Origin: Shigella phage phi25-307
Direction: 5' to 3' (one strand)
Sequence record: MG589383
Length of the DNA stretch: 64,000 nucleotides
The notes under the pieces were generated by a model. The model was not told where the DNA came from. It worked only from the letters and a program-made list of their open reading frames with translations, and did no database searches. How positions within the stretch are numbered: position 1 is the first letter of the stretch; each line of letters starts with the position of its first letter. Shown in pieces: positions 51,372 through 60,918 of the stretch. Both the position numbers and the translations under genes were made by a program.

Positions 51372-52307
51372 TTATTCTGCAAATAATTCAGTAACGTCTG
51401 AAATTACTTCATAACGACAAGTACGCATCTTAGCATCACCATAGTCAACTGGGATAGATACAACATCACGTGGATGAACTTTAACCTTAACAACTTTATC
51501 TGAGCTAGAACCAAAGTAACGAATATATGATTTAGCACAAACATGTAGACCACGGGAACAAGTTTGTGTATCATCATCGTTAACACGAGTACGAGGCATT
51601 GAAACAACTTTACCAGGCGAGTTATCAAATGTGCCACTATAGCAATCTAAATAGTCTTTACGAACTACTTTCCACGCATAGAAATGCCCATCTTCAGTGA
51701 TTTCAATATCGTTTGCAACCAAGAAGTCGAATAAACGTTGTACAGCTTTTTCGCTTGGGTTTTCTAACAGGTTTTCAAGGAACGGCAGATAGAATTTAAA
51801 GTCTTCGCCTTTTTCCATGGAATCAATAATACGATTAACCAGTCCTGAACGAATTTCTATACCTTGATAAAATAAACTACCACCTTCAATAGTAACATTA
51901 CCGTCAACAAACTTAGTAATAGCTTTCTTGATGTTAATAAGTTCGACAGCTTTACTAAGGTTTCCTGCGACCAAATTGGCTTTAATTTCTTCAAAATTTG
52001 CATGACTTGTTGGGGTCGCATTGTATGCTACGCGTCCTTCAATGATTGAAATAAATTTAGATGACGCGTTCCATACGATTTCTGGACGATGACCTGTAAT
52101 AATAGGTTCATTATTTTCTGGGACCTGTTCTTCGTCTTCAAATTCAGCTGCTTTCTCTTCAGCTTTAAAATTCTTAACAATCTTACGAAGAGTATCTGTT
52201 GAAATGCCGAAGTAATCGGCAATTTCTTTACGAGTCCATTTGCCTGATTCAACCAGGCCGTAAGCTTCTAACTGTTCTTCTTGGGACAAGCATTTAATAT
52301 TGTACAT
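51372..52307 (-). CDS. rIIB: rapid-lysis / Rex-exclusion protein rIIB (311 aa)
   Basis: Collinear with T4 rIIB (MYNIKCL, IEGGSLFYQ.IE.RSGLV.RI.DSMEKGE.F.FY.PFLENLLENPS.KAV.RLFDFLVANDIEITEDG.FYAWKVVR, SRGLHVC.KSYI, VKVKVHPRDVVSIP.DY.DAKMRTC.YEV). Confidence 0.94.
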   Translation of the reverse strand: MYNIKCLSQEEQLEAYGLVESGKWTRKEIADYFGISTDTLRKIVKNFKAEEKAAEFEDEEQVPENNEPIITGHRPEIVWNASSKFISIIEGRVAYNATPTSHANFEEIKANLVAGNLSKAVELINIKKAITKFVDGNVTIEGGSLFYQGIEIRSGLVNRIIDSMEKGEDFKFYLPFLENLLENPSEKAVQRLFDFLVANDIEITEDGHFYAWKVVRKDYLDCYSGTFDNSPGKVVSMPRTRVNDDDTQTCSRGLHVCAKSYIRYFGSSSDKVVKVKVHPRDVVSIPVDYGDAKMRTCRYEVISDVTELFAE

Positions 52308-52316
52308 AATGTTTCC

Positions 52317-54530
52317 TTATTTGGCCGCTTCCACGGCCTTCATGAATTTAACGATTTGAGCGACCTGTTCTTTGGAAAGAGTACCACGTCGTCCCATGTA
52401 TTCTGACACAATATGATAATTGGTTTCGAATTCAATAACCATTTTATCATCATTATCGTAAGCATTATCTTTAAGCTTATCGAAAATTTTAGCACACAAT
52501 TCTAACTTCTTATTCAGGTCTGTATTAGTAGCACCTGCGAATCGATTCCATCCCCAACGATTATTTACTGTTGAGAGTTTTGCAAAGTCTTTACTGATTT
52601 CTTTGTTCTTAGAGCTAAAATACTTACTAAGGAAGTTAAGCTCTTCGTTACGAGTAATATGATTCAAATAAGGCTGTGCTCTACGACTTGGTGATACATA
52701 CTCATCATAATCCACTTTGTCAATTAGCGTAATATAGTCATTAATTGATTTTTCGAACAAGCATTCTACTTCACCAAGTTTACGAACTTTCTTAGCAATC
52801 TGTGGACGGACTACAGTGAACTCTTTAATACCTGACAAATCAGCAATACGAGTCAAGAAACTAGAATCATAGTTCAACCAACCTTTATCTGCGTCAAGAC
52901 ATTCGGCGTTAGAACGATTACGAATTACAACATAACCTTGAATCTCATCGGCTTTACCGGCCGGAATAAAGAGATCTTCTGATACCCAAACATCGTTTTC
53001 ATTCTTAAAGAACCGATGAGCACTTGGGGATTTAGGACGAGGCTGCGATGAACGTTCTTTAACTTCAATCCACGGTTTAACTAATGCAAGAATTTCAGAG
53101 GTCTTATAAAATTTAAGGCTATCACCAGCGAAAATAACCTTTAATCGTTCTAGAAGTTTCATTGCAACTTCATCTTCCGGATTAACGAATAATACGCTAC
53201 TACCCCATCCGGAAGGAACCTTATCAACGAGTGTTGATGCATCGGTGGAAGTCAAAGCATCGTTCAGAGCACGCATCATTGGTACGCGGCCTTTCACATC
53301 GTCAATAACAATATCAATATGCTTACGACTAATACCTAGCAGGCTATTAATTGAAATAGTTGAAGACGAGCTTCCGCTTTCACGAATACGACGAAGTCGT
53401 GGATCTGAAACGATATCGTATACAACACCAAGGTTGCACCATTCAGGTCCCATTTTAAACCGTTTGTACAACTCAGAATAAGTTAGCTGTTCTTTAGAAT
53501 ATTTCAGTGATTCAATATTAGAACCGGCTTTTTCCATGTATTTACGAGCAGAGTAACCAAGAGAATCGATTTCACGGAATACATGACGTGGATATTCACA
53601 ATCAATCCATTTCTTAGAATCTTCAGCAAATAATTTTGCATCGATTTCTGCAACACGTTTATGGATATTTGCTACTGTACGTTTATCAAATGACAATGCT
53701 TCACGAGACGGGGCTACATCTAGTTCACCCATAGGGAATTTAATATAAGCTGTAGTGCATCGCGTCATCATCCATGTTTGTTCTTTAATAACACTTCCGA
53801 TTGGATATACAATACCACCATAAACAGCCATGATATTACCACGTTCACCCCATGGAGCTTCCTTGGCTAAATAAACATCATCGAATTCCGGGAAGTATTT
53901 GATATCTTTAACACCACGAACTTCTGCAATATCGCCGAGAGGACGCATAACATATGCAATTTCAGATGCGAACTTTTCAAAATCTTCTGGGTTAACCGGT
54001 ACAACTACTTCTACACCCGTACGGTCATCAGGGCCCATCTTATCTACAAAGGTTGGCTTAATCTGTGGACCGCTGTCATCTTGATAAATTACATAACCAC
54101 GAACTTCACCGTTGTGATAAGACGTAAGGTTAAACGTATCGGTATACGCTAGTGGAGCTTTAGAGCCGAGTCCGAATCCACCAATGAAATCGTTACTCGA
54201 TGTTTTAGTTGAAGCAAAATATGAATTATAGATTCCTGGCTCTTCGTCATTACCTCGAATGGTGAAATCACTCATACCAGGACCAAAGTCTCGAACTACA
54301 AAACGTGGGTCTAAACGACCTGGAGCCTGAACAATAAACTTATCAGTGCAACCATTAAGAATTTGACCATCGATACAGTTTGTGATTAATTCGCGTACAC
54401 AAGCCAATTCTTTGTTTGTATAAAGGTCATTAGACAAAATCTTATAAACTTTGCTATTGCCTTGAATAGTAAATGCTGTGCTCTTATCGCCTGAACCAAT
54501 AATCGTTTCTTTAGCCGTTTCAATAATCAT
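52317..54530 (-). CDS. rIIA: rIIA protein (737 aa)
   Basis: Collinear with T4 rIIA (CVRELITN, GRLDPRFV.RDFGPGMSDF, DFIGGFGLGSK, GPQIKPTFV, IYGGIVYPI). Confidence 0.93.
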   Translation of the reverse strand: MIIETAKETIIGSGDKSTAFTIQGNSKVYKILSNDLYTNKELACVRELITNCIDGQILNGCTDKFIVQAPGRLDPRFVVRDFGPGMSDFTIRGNDEEPGIYNSYFASTKTSSNDFIGGFGLGSKAPLAYTDTFNLTSYHNGEVRGYVIYQDDSGPQIKPTFVDKMGPDDRTGVEVVVPVNPEDFEKFASEIAYVMRPLGDIAEVRGVKDIKYFPEFDDVYLAKEAPWGERGNIMAVYGGIVYPIGSVIKEQTWMMTRCTTAYIKFPMGELDVAPSREALSFDKRTVANIHKRVAEIDAKLFAEDSKKWIDCEYPRHVFREIDSLGYSARKYMEKAGSNIESLKYSKEQLTYSELYKRFKMGPEWCNLGVVYDIVSDPRLRRIRESGSSSSTISINSLLGISRKHIDIVIDDVKGRVPMMRALNDALTSTDASTLVDKVPSGWGSSVLFVNPEDEVAMKLLERLKVIFAGDSLKFYKTSEILALVKPWIEVKERSSQPRPKSPSAHRFFKNENDVWVSEDLFIPAGKADEIQGYVVIRNRSNAECLDADKGWLNYDSSFLTRIADLSGIKEFTVVRPQIAKKVRKLGEVECLFEKSINDYITLIDKVDYDEYVSPSRRAQPYLNHITRNEELNFLSKYFSSKNKEISKDFAKLSTVNNRWGWNRFAGATNTDLNKKLELCAKIFDKLKDNAYDNDDKMVIEFETNYHIVSEYMGRRGTLSKEQVAQIVKFMKAVEAAK

Positions 54531-54542
54531 ATTTTTCTCTCA

Positions 54543-54743
54543 TCACAAGTTACGTTTAAAAATTTCTGCTACTTCAAGAAGTTCTTCTTTAGTAGCTGTA
54601 TCGGTTTGTATTTTATATCGAATTTCCTTAAAGCGTTCTTTAAAGGCTTCAGCTGATTCGATATCAAAAAATCTTTGGATAAGCCGGAATTCCCGGAGCA
54701 CAGCTTTATCAAAAAGTTCCAAGTCCACGTTATATGTTCTCAT
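54543..54743 (-). CDS. hypothetical protein rIIA.1-like (66 aa)
   Basis: ORF immediately upstream of rIIA; SD GAAGAGAAT. Confidence 0.5.
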   Translation of the reverse strand: MRTYNVDLELFDKAVLREFRLIQRFFDIESAEAFKERFKEIRYKIQTDTATKEELLEVAEIFKRNL

Positions 54744-54835
54744 AATATTCTCTTCAGTAGATTCCTAGGGCACTATTACTAAAGACCATATAATCTATCA
54801 TCTTATGTGTAATAGTGCCTCAGGCTATTCAGGAT

Positions 54836-55936
54836 TTACGCTGTGAAGATTTTATCCCACATCGCAACAACTGCATCTCGGTTATACTTCTTCCATACTG
54901 CTTCAGCACGTTTAACTCGAGCTTCGTATGTATCAGTGAATTCTAATACAGCTTTTGTGTAAAGCGCAACTACTTCTTTCTTAGGAGTAGAGGAATCAAT
55001 TTCTACACGCACAGTATCTGGGTCGTATTCAAATGTCGCATGAGGATAATCCTTAAAAACTAACTGGATTACAGGGACACCTTTAGAGATGGCTTCAATA
55101 GAACTATTCTCTACCGTACCTGTGTCAGGACATGTATTAATAAGTGCTTTAGCTGTTTTAAGACGTTCCATGATTTCACTGTGTGGAGCATCAATAATAA
55201 CAGGATATTTAGCTGGTGGTGCCCATTTGCTTGGACAGTATCCTACACCATTTTCGCCTAGTGCTTTAATCGCTTCAAGAGCAACATCAGTACGACGCAT
55301 TTTAGTGTCATAACGTTGTGCACTAATAATCAGATCAGTCGCCGGAAGAACTTCAGGTTTCTCATTCAAACAAATAACCGGATAATCTTCGGCTTCAAAC
55401 AACGGATTTGCTCGCCAATAATCATAATCAATTTTGTCAGTCAGAGCTGAAGTCATATGGCAATATTTACGTTCAAATTCACGGAAGGCTTTAGTAGGAG
55501 CATAACTCTTACCGCCATTCTTATGAATTTGAATAGTCTGGTCCCAAATTTGAACAATGCCACGAGATACCGGTTCAAATGGTGTTGCCATAAAATTCTT
55601 ATGAACTTTAGAGAGACCTGCGTCTTTAATTGCCTGAACGGTTAGTTTAGTCGGTTCCATAGTAACAACAAAATCGTATTCATGGATGCCGGCTAGTTCA
55701 ACAATCTTACGAGCCATAGTATAACTCATACCTAGACTGAATTTAGTCAGATGACCAACAGGATGGTGTGTAACTTTCCAGTCACCAAACGTGTCATTAT
55801 CAAAGCCGATATAATCAATATCAGCACCAATGGACACAAGATATTTCAACACATTTAAATGTACTGCTTCAAGGCCACCTTGTACACGGTCAGGATTAAA
55901 TGGGACTGCACGAGATGGGATAAACATAACTTTCAT
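54836..55936 (-). CDS. GT-B fold glycosyltransferase, GT4-like (366 aa); candidate DNA-hmC sugar transferase
   Basis: N-terminal GG.E motif (RVQGGLEAVHLNVLKYL) and C-terminal GT4 donor-binding signature (ENSSIEAISKGVPVIQ); position between rIIA.1 and gene 39. Confidence 0.6.
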   Translation of the reverse strand: MKVMFIPSRAVPFNPDRVQGGLEAVHLNVLKYLVSIGADIDYIGFDNDTFGDWKVTHHPVGHLTKFSLGMSYTMARKIVELAGIHEYDFVVTMEPTKLTVQAIKDAGLSKVHKNFMATPFEPVSRGIVQIWDQTIQIHKNGGKSYAPTKAFREFERKYCHMTSALTDKIDYDYWRANPLFEAEDYPVICLNEKPEVLPATDLIISAQRYDTKMRRTDVALEAIKALGENGVGYCPSKWAPPAKYPVIIDAPHSEIMERLKTAKALINTCPDTGTVENSSIEAISKGVPVIQLVFKDYPHATFEYDPDTVRVEIDSSTPKKEVVALYTKAVLEFTDTYEARVKRAEAVWKKYNRDAVVAMWDKIFTA

Positions 55937-55978
55937 AATTAAGCCTTATTAAAATTAAAATGAAGCTCCCGAAGGAGC

Positions 55979-56791
55979 TTAGGACATCCAACACATTTTA
56001 TAACCTTTGCAGGTTCTGTTAGGATTATTTAATGCTTTCAATATATTAGAAGACCCTATATCTAAATACTCCCTTAATTCATAAAGATAGTTAAAATCAA
56101 TAGTTTCACCTGTTTTTACACTTGTGATTCTTATAGGCCTTCTTTCATATTTAGATTTATACAACTCTCTAGTCTTAGCTTTAGTTTCTTCTGACCTAGG
56201 AGTGTATGGTTTAAATCCTTTTGTTTTAAATGTTTCCATTCTTGATTTAGTTATTTTATCCTGGTGTTCTTTTGTTTTTACAGGTGCTTTTCGCCCATTC
56301 TCCCAAGATAACTTGTTGGCCTGTATTATTTTATCTATTGCTTCTTGCGTATGAGTTTTACCATAAAATGGATTTAATTCGCCTATACGTTGTGAAGCAA
56401 TATGTGACATTAATTCTCTTGTTGCTTTAGTATGTTTTTTACCTTTAAATGGGTTGCCATTTTTAGCAATCCATTCTTTCATAAATCTAGAGTGCTCTTT
56501 AGAGAATTCTTGTTTAAGCCAATCATAATCTCTAGAATTTCTAGCTCCCATGTAAAAAGCTCTAATAGCCATAAGCATAGAACGGTTCTTATGAATTTTA
56601 TAAAGCAATAAATGGGCGATAAAATGCTCTCTAGGGGTCATTTTAACTAGATTTGATTTAGCATTACTCCCACCCATAGATTTAGGCAAAATATGGTGAG
56701 TTTCAGTATAATTAGGAATAGTGCTGCGGTTTTTAGCCGCAGCGATAAGTTTATCATAAATTTTACGATAATTCATTATCCTAGCATCCAA
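55979..56791 (-). CDS. free-standing HNH homing endonuclease, Mob-like (270 aa)
   Basis: HNH core (TETHHILPKSMGGSNAKSNLVKMTPREHFIAH) plus repeated NUMOD-like DNA-binding modules (NPFKGKKHT, NPFYGKTHT); overlaps 3-prime end of gene 39 by 16 nt. Confidence 0.8.
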   Translation of the reverse strand: MDARIMNYRKIYDKLIAAAKNRSTIPNYTETHHILPKSMGGSNAKSNLVKMTPREHFIAHLLLYKIHKNRSMLMAIRAFYMGARNSRDYDWLKQEFSKEHSRFMKEWIAKNGNPFKGKKHTKATRELMSHIASQRIGELNPFYGKTHTQEAIDKIIQANKLSWENGRKAPVKTKEHQDKITKSRMETFKTKGFKPYTPRSEETKAKTRELYKSKYERRPIRITSVKTGETIDFNYLYELREYLDIGSSNILKALNNPNRTCKGYKMCWMS

Positions 56792-58596
56792 TCTTTACGG
56801 AGTTCAGGGTCGTTACCCATGAGCATTTCAAATAGTTCTTTCCAATTTTCAGGAAGTTTAACTACGTCGTACACAGGGTTTTGAATCATTTCTTTATATT
56901 CATCCCGCTGAAGTGAGCCCAATCCCTTGATGTATCGAATACTATGCTTAGGCAGTGTATCTTTGGCTTCTTCATACTCAGCTACAGTATAAAACCATTT
57001 TTGAGTTTTGCCAATTTGTGCAATAATTACAGGCGTTTTAACAAAGCGAATACGTCCTTGTTCAAACAATTCAGGCCAATTACTAAAGAAAGCAAGCAAA
57101 GCCGGATAAATACTTCCAAGACCGTCATGATCGGCATCGGTCATAATTGCAATATTACGATAGTTCGTATTCTCTGCCTTTTCACCAAGAATAAGACCTG
57201 TGATAGCACAGATATCAAAGAGCTCTTTGTTCTTCATCATATCAGCATATGACATACCCCAGCTATTCATCACCTTACCACGTAATGGGAATCCACCGTG
57301 TAGTTCACGGTCACGAACATCAATGAGATAACCAATTGCCGAATCACCTTCTGTTAAAAACAATGTCGTATCTGCATCTTTACCACATTGGTTAGCTTTA
57401 ATATGCTTATGAACCTTAGCTTTAGTTGCCTTTTTAGCTGCTTTAGTTTCTGCAGCCTTTTCTGCTGCCAATTTACGAGCTAATGCTGCTTCAACAATAG
57501 GCATAATCAAAGCTTCATTTTTAAGAAGTGCCTGAGCAATTTTCTTAGCATCTAATTGGATATGATTACGAATATCACCATACGTTGACGTTAAACGTTC
57601 TTTAGTCTGAGAATCAAAACGCATGTTGCTCATGTCTCTAATAAACATCAACATTGTGAGGCATTCTTTAACACGAGCTTTAGTGACTTCAATACCCTTA
57701 TATTTCTTTTTAATACCGGGCAAAAGATGTTCGCAGATATCATCCATTACACATTCAACATGATGACCACCATTTTTAGTATGGATGTTATTCACATAAG
57801 TTAAATGACGGAAGCCATCTGGTGATGTTGTGAATGCTATAGAGACTTTATCATTTTCTTGAATGATGTTATCTTCGCCAAATTGTTTAGCAAATCGTTT
57901 AAAATTACCATCAACCTTTTTACCATTAAATGTGAACTTGATATCAGGATAAACGACTGCCAATGTTTGAAGACGGTCTAAAGTAATATCTAAATAAATT
58001 TGAGATAAATTATGCTCTTCAAATGAAGAGAAATCAGGAGTGAAGATTACTTTAGTGCCTTTACCTTTAGATTTCTTAGAAGACCATGATTTGTTTTCCA
58101 TTCCGTTTGAACAGTTAACAGTGATTTCATTTTCGCCATCTGACGTGATGCCTGTAAACAACGTAGAGAAGATATTAGTTAAACTACTCCCGACGCCGTT
58201 CATACCACCAGTCTTGCGTTCAGAGTCATCACCAAAGTTACCACCGGCCTTTGGAATAGTCCAGGCCGCTACAGGCCCAGGAATTTGTTCACCTGTTTGG
58301 TCGGTAACTAAACCTTGAGGAATACCACGTCCGTTATCTTCCACTGAGACTTGATTATTTTTAATTTGCACATCAATTTTATTTGCAAACTTAAATGATG
58401 TACGAATAGCTTCATCAACCGAGTTGTCAATAATCTCATCGATTAATTTAACAAGACCAGGAACATATTCAACTTGTTGATATTTACCAAACAAAAAACG
58501 CTCATGGGCTTCTTTAGCCGAAGAACCAATATACATGCCACTGCGTTTCTTAATATGTTCTACATCTGACAATACCTTAATTTCATTTTTAATCAT
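56776..58596 (-). CDS. 39: DNA topoisomerase II large subunit, fused 39+60 type (606 aa)
   Basis: GHKL ATPase N-terminus collinear with T4 gp39 and Toprim C-terminus collinear with T4 gp60 (AIMTDADHDGLGSIYP.LL.FFSNWPELFEQGRIRFVKTPVIIAQ) in one uninterrupted frame. Confidence 0.93.
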   Translation of the reverse strand: MIKNEIKVLSDVEHIKKRSGMYIGSSAKEAHERFLFGKYQQVEYVPGLVKLIDEIIDNSVDEAIRTSFKFANKIDVQIKNNQVSVEDNGRGIPQGLVTDQTGEQIPGPVAAWTIPKAGGNFGDDSERKTGGMNGVGSSLTNIFSTLFTGITSDGENEITVNCSNGMENKSWSSKKSKGKGTKVIFTPDFSSFEEHNLSQIYLDITLDRLQTLAVVYPDIKFTFNGKKVDGNFKRFAKQFGEDNIIQENDKVSIAFTTSPDGFRHLTYVNNIHTKNGGHHVECVMDDICEHLLPGIKKKYKGIEVTKARVKECLTMLMFIRDMSNMRFDSQTKERLTSTYGDIRNHIQLDAKKIAQALLKNEALIMPIVEAALARKLAAEKAAETKAAKKATKAKVHKHIKANQCGKDADTTLFLTEGDSAIGYLIDVRDRELHGGFPLRGKVMNSWGMSYADMMKNKELFDICAITGLILGEKAENTNYRNIAIMTDADHDGLGSIYPALLAFFSNWPELFEQGRIRFVKTPVIIAQIGKTQKWFYTVAEYEEAKDTLPKHSIRYIKGLGSLQRDEYKEMIQNPVYDVVKLPENWKELFEMLMGNDPELRKDWMLG

Positions 58597-58641
58597 GTTG
58601 TCTCCTCGTTATGAAGGTATTCTATCATCCGAAATCTAAAG

Positions 58642-58660
58642 CAAAAAGGGCCGAAGCCCT
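58642..58660 (-). terminator. terminator (GGGC-UUCG-GCCC, U-tract) upstream of gene 39
   Basis: Minus-strand hairpin followed by TTTTTGC; abuts stop of ORF 58660-59085. Confidence 0.5.
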
Positions 58661-59085
58661 TATTTAAATTTAATTTTCTGAAGTGCATCAATTGCAGCCA
58701 AACGCCCTTGTTCACTTTTAACTGTAATGACCACATCGCCTGATACGATCACCGAACCATCAACAAATTCTATAGAGCCTTTTTTGAAATCGACAGATGT
58801 ATCTGGTTCCGGAACTTCTTCAAAGAATTTAAATTCTGCACCATAAAGCAGAATATCACCTTGCATACTATGAATAGTTCGGCCATAATCGCCTACGGCT
58901 TCTACAGCAATCACAGAAACGCCGTAACCAATCATCTCTTCCACAATAAAATCTTTGGACAATAAAGTAGTATGCAGATTAGTATTAAGACGTTTACCAG
59001 TCGTATTAAGAATTCTCAAGAAATTATCTTCCTGTCCTTTGATAATACGATATTTCTTACCAACTTCAAAACCTTTAAAAGCCAT
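58660..59085 (-). CDS. hypothetical protein (141 aa)
   Basis: ORF; terminator hairpin at its 3-prime end. Confidence 0.5.
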   Translation of the reverse strand: MAFKGFEVGKKYRIIKGQEDNFLRILNTTGKRLNTNLHTTLLSKDFIVEEMIGYGVSVIAVEAVGDYGRTIHSMQGDILLYGAEFKFFEEVPEPDTSVDFKKGSIEFVDGSVIVSGDVVITVKSEQGRLAAIDALQKIKFK

Positions 59086-59123
59086 AATTAACCCTTCTTA
59101 AGTAAGTCGTAAAAACCACCGTT

Positions 59124-59267
59124 CACATGTTTAGGAGCAGAAACCCGACGAGTAGACAAACGATGACATTCAGGGCAAACATCGTTTTCTCGTTCAGAAA
59201 TTCTTTTAATTTTTTCATATTCATGACCACAATCTTCAGATTGGCATTTATAGTCGTATAACGGCAT
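59124..59267 (-). CDS. small Cys-containing membrane-anchored peptide (47 aa; not in ORF track)
   Basis: Hand-translated MPLYDYKCQSEDCGHDMKKLKEFLNEKTMFALNVIVCLLVGFLLLNM; SD AAGGA upstream. Confidence 0.3.
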
Positions 59268-59269
59268 TA

Positions 59270-59698
59270 TTATTCCTTAAAATGTGCTTTCAACATTTGA
59301 TACAAAGACCATGCCTGGTCGTTATTTTCGATAGTAATCGTCATCACCGGAAATTCAGACAATTCGTCAAGTTCACCAGAATCTTGCTCTTCGGACGCTT
59401 GATATGGATTTTCAACTTCGTCAAAGAACTCTGCTTCATTCGTGGAGAGCCAGATAAAGTTTTCATCAAGGATATCACCGCCTGTTGCGTATCCAACCGT
59501 GCCAGTAGATGTCACAATTTTAGTAGGACGGCCAAGATGGTCAACATCTAATACTTTAAATGGTTCCATGCCAAGACGTCGTGCATAAATCCCATTATCA
59601 GTGTGGTCTTTAATAAACTCTTCTTGGGCACGTTTATCTATAAATTGGTACCATGAGTTAACGCGGAATTTATTAGCCATTAGTAAGTTTCCTTCCAA
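59270..59698 (-). CDS. hypothetical protein (142 aa)
   Basis: ORF. Confidence 0.5.
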   Translation of the reverse strand: MEGNLLMANKFRVNSWYQFIDKRAQEEFIKDHTDNGIYARRLGMEPFKVLDVDHLGRPTKIVTSTGTVGYATGGDILDENFIWLSTNEAEFFDEVENPYQASEEQDSGELDELSEFPVMTITIENNDQAWSLYQMLKAHFKE

Positions 59699-59907
59699 TA
59701 AGTTGTACCGTTTTCAGTGATTTCACGGAAGATACCATAGATAGGCATTTCATCACCGAGTTTTTCGTAAACGTAAATCACTTCTGTGTAGCATAAAAAT
59801 TCGGTCCAGTTTTTCTGTACAACAACTAAATCAGGATTAAACAGAACATCTTCAAACTCATCGATGTTTGAATCAGTAGTTACGTTTTTAATGATTTGGC
59901 GTTTCAT
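59680..59907 (-). CDS. hypothetical protein (75 aa; start at internal ATG 59907)
   Basis: SD GAGGAG upstream of ATG 59907 and early promoter at 59933-59962 argue against the longer ORF-track start. Confidence 0.45.
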   Translation of the reverse strand: MKRQIIKNVTTDSNIDEFEDVLFNPDLVVVQKNWTEFLCYTEVIYVYEKLGDEMPIYGIFREITENGTTYWKETY

Positions 59908-59968
59908 AATATTCTCCTCTTGTTTTGATAGGTCTATAGTAACACATCTAGAGGAGAAGTAAACAACT

Positions 59969-60388
59969 TTATGCAAAAGATGCTGGACAATATTTTTTGA
60001 TTTGGAACTCAGGAACTACCATGAACTGTCCAGCGAAAACGATGTTATAAAGCTTAACACCATCTTCTACCCAACGGTCGCTAATAAATCCGGCGATTTG
60101 CTTAGTTTTCCACGGCGTTCCATCGGTTCCCGCAGCAATAGTGAATTCATGGTCTTTTACAACTAAAACAGACCTGCACAGTTTCCATTTGAACGCTTTT
60201 TCTTCTGGCTCAATGAATTGGCTTGAGACGTAGCCAATGTTGCCATCGGCGTCACGAACTTTAACTTGATGTGGACTAAAGAGTCCACAACTTACAGAAA
60301 GAACTTCAACCAACTTCCCGGCAACTTTAGAGCGAGAAGCAACAGATACATATACGTAATCACCTGTAGAGAGATTTACAATATTCAT
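59969..60388 (-). CDS. hypothetical protein, tandem paralogue A (139 aa)
   Basis: Shares ASRSK.AG.LVEV, FKW.LC and GFISD.WVEDG.KLYNIVF.G.F.VV motifs with the adjacent upstream gene. Confidence 0.55.
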   Translation of the reverse strand: MNIVNLSTGDYVYVSVASRSKVAGKLVEVLSVSCGLFSPHQVKVRDADGNIGYVSSQFIEPEEKAFKWKLCRSVLVVKDHEFTIAAGTDGTPWKTKQIAGFISDRWVEDGVKLYNIVFAGQFMVVPEFQIKKYCPASFA

Positions 60389-60397
60389 AATAATTCC

Positions 60398-60853
60398 TTA
60401 AGCTTTACGAGGAGACACATAGCGAGTGATTTCAGATTCTTTAACAACTCGGAAGTCACCTAAGAATACGATATTGTATAACTTTTCACCATCTTCAACC
60501 CATTGGTCACTAATGAAGCCACACATAGTATCAGTTTTGCTTGGATAACCGTATTCGTCGATGTAATCAAATTCTTTATCGGTTATAAATTCAACGCCTT
60601 TGCAAAGGGCCCATTTGAACTGTACATTAGGTTCAGTAGAAGCAAAATGAGCACTCACATGAGTTTCCAGGAATTTAGGACTTACGTAAGCGTACTGAGT
60701 ATCCTGACGTCCAAAACTAGGAATGATTCGAACTTTAACTTCTTTAATACGTCCCATGCCATTTGTGCGAAGTCCGACAACTTCAACCAGACGACCTGCG
60801 GCTTTAGACCGGGATGCAGTTGATACACGCTTAATTTCACCAATAGTAATCAT
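60398..60853 (-). CDS. hypothetical protein, tandem paralogue B (151 aa; start at internal ATG 60853)
   Basis: Paralogue of 59969-60388; early promoter 60866-60907 and SD upstream of ATG 60853. Confidence 0.55.
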   Translation of the reverse strand: MITIGEIKRVSTASRSKAAGRLVEVVGLRTNGMGRIKEVKVRIIPSFGRQDTQYAYVSPKFLETHVSAHFASTEPNVQFKWALCKGVEFITDKEFDYIDEYGYPSKTDTMCGFISDQWVEDGEKLYNIVFLGDFRVVKESEITRYVSPRKA

Positions 60854-60918
60854 AATTTTTCTCTCTTTGTTTAAGTTGAATTCATTATACTCCATCCATC
60901 CTTGGATGTAAACTGGTT

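Noticed and set aside
56776-58596. Gene 60-type translational bypass or split topoisomerase gene
   Set aside because: The reading frame is continuous across the region corresponding to the T4 39/60 junction; no 50-nt coding gap or take-off/landing codon pair is needed.
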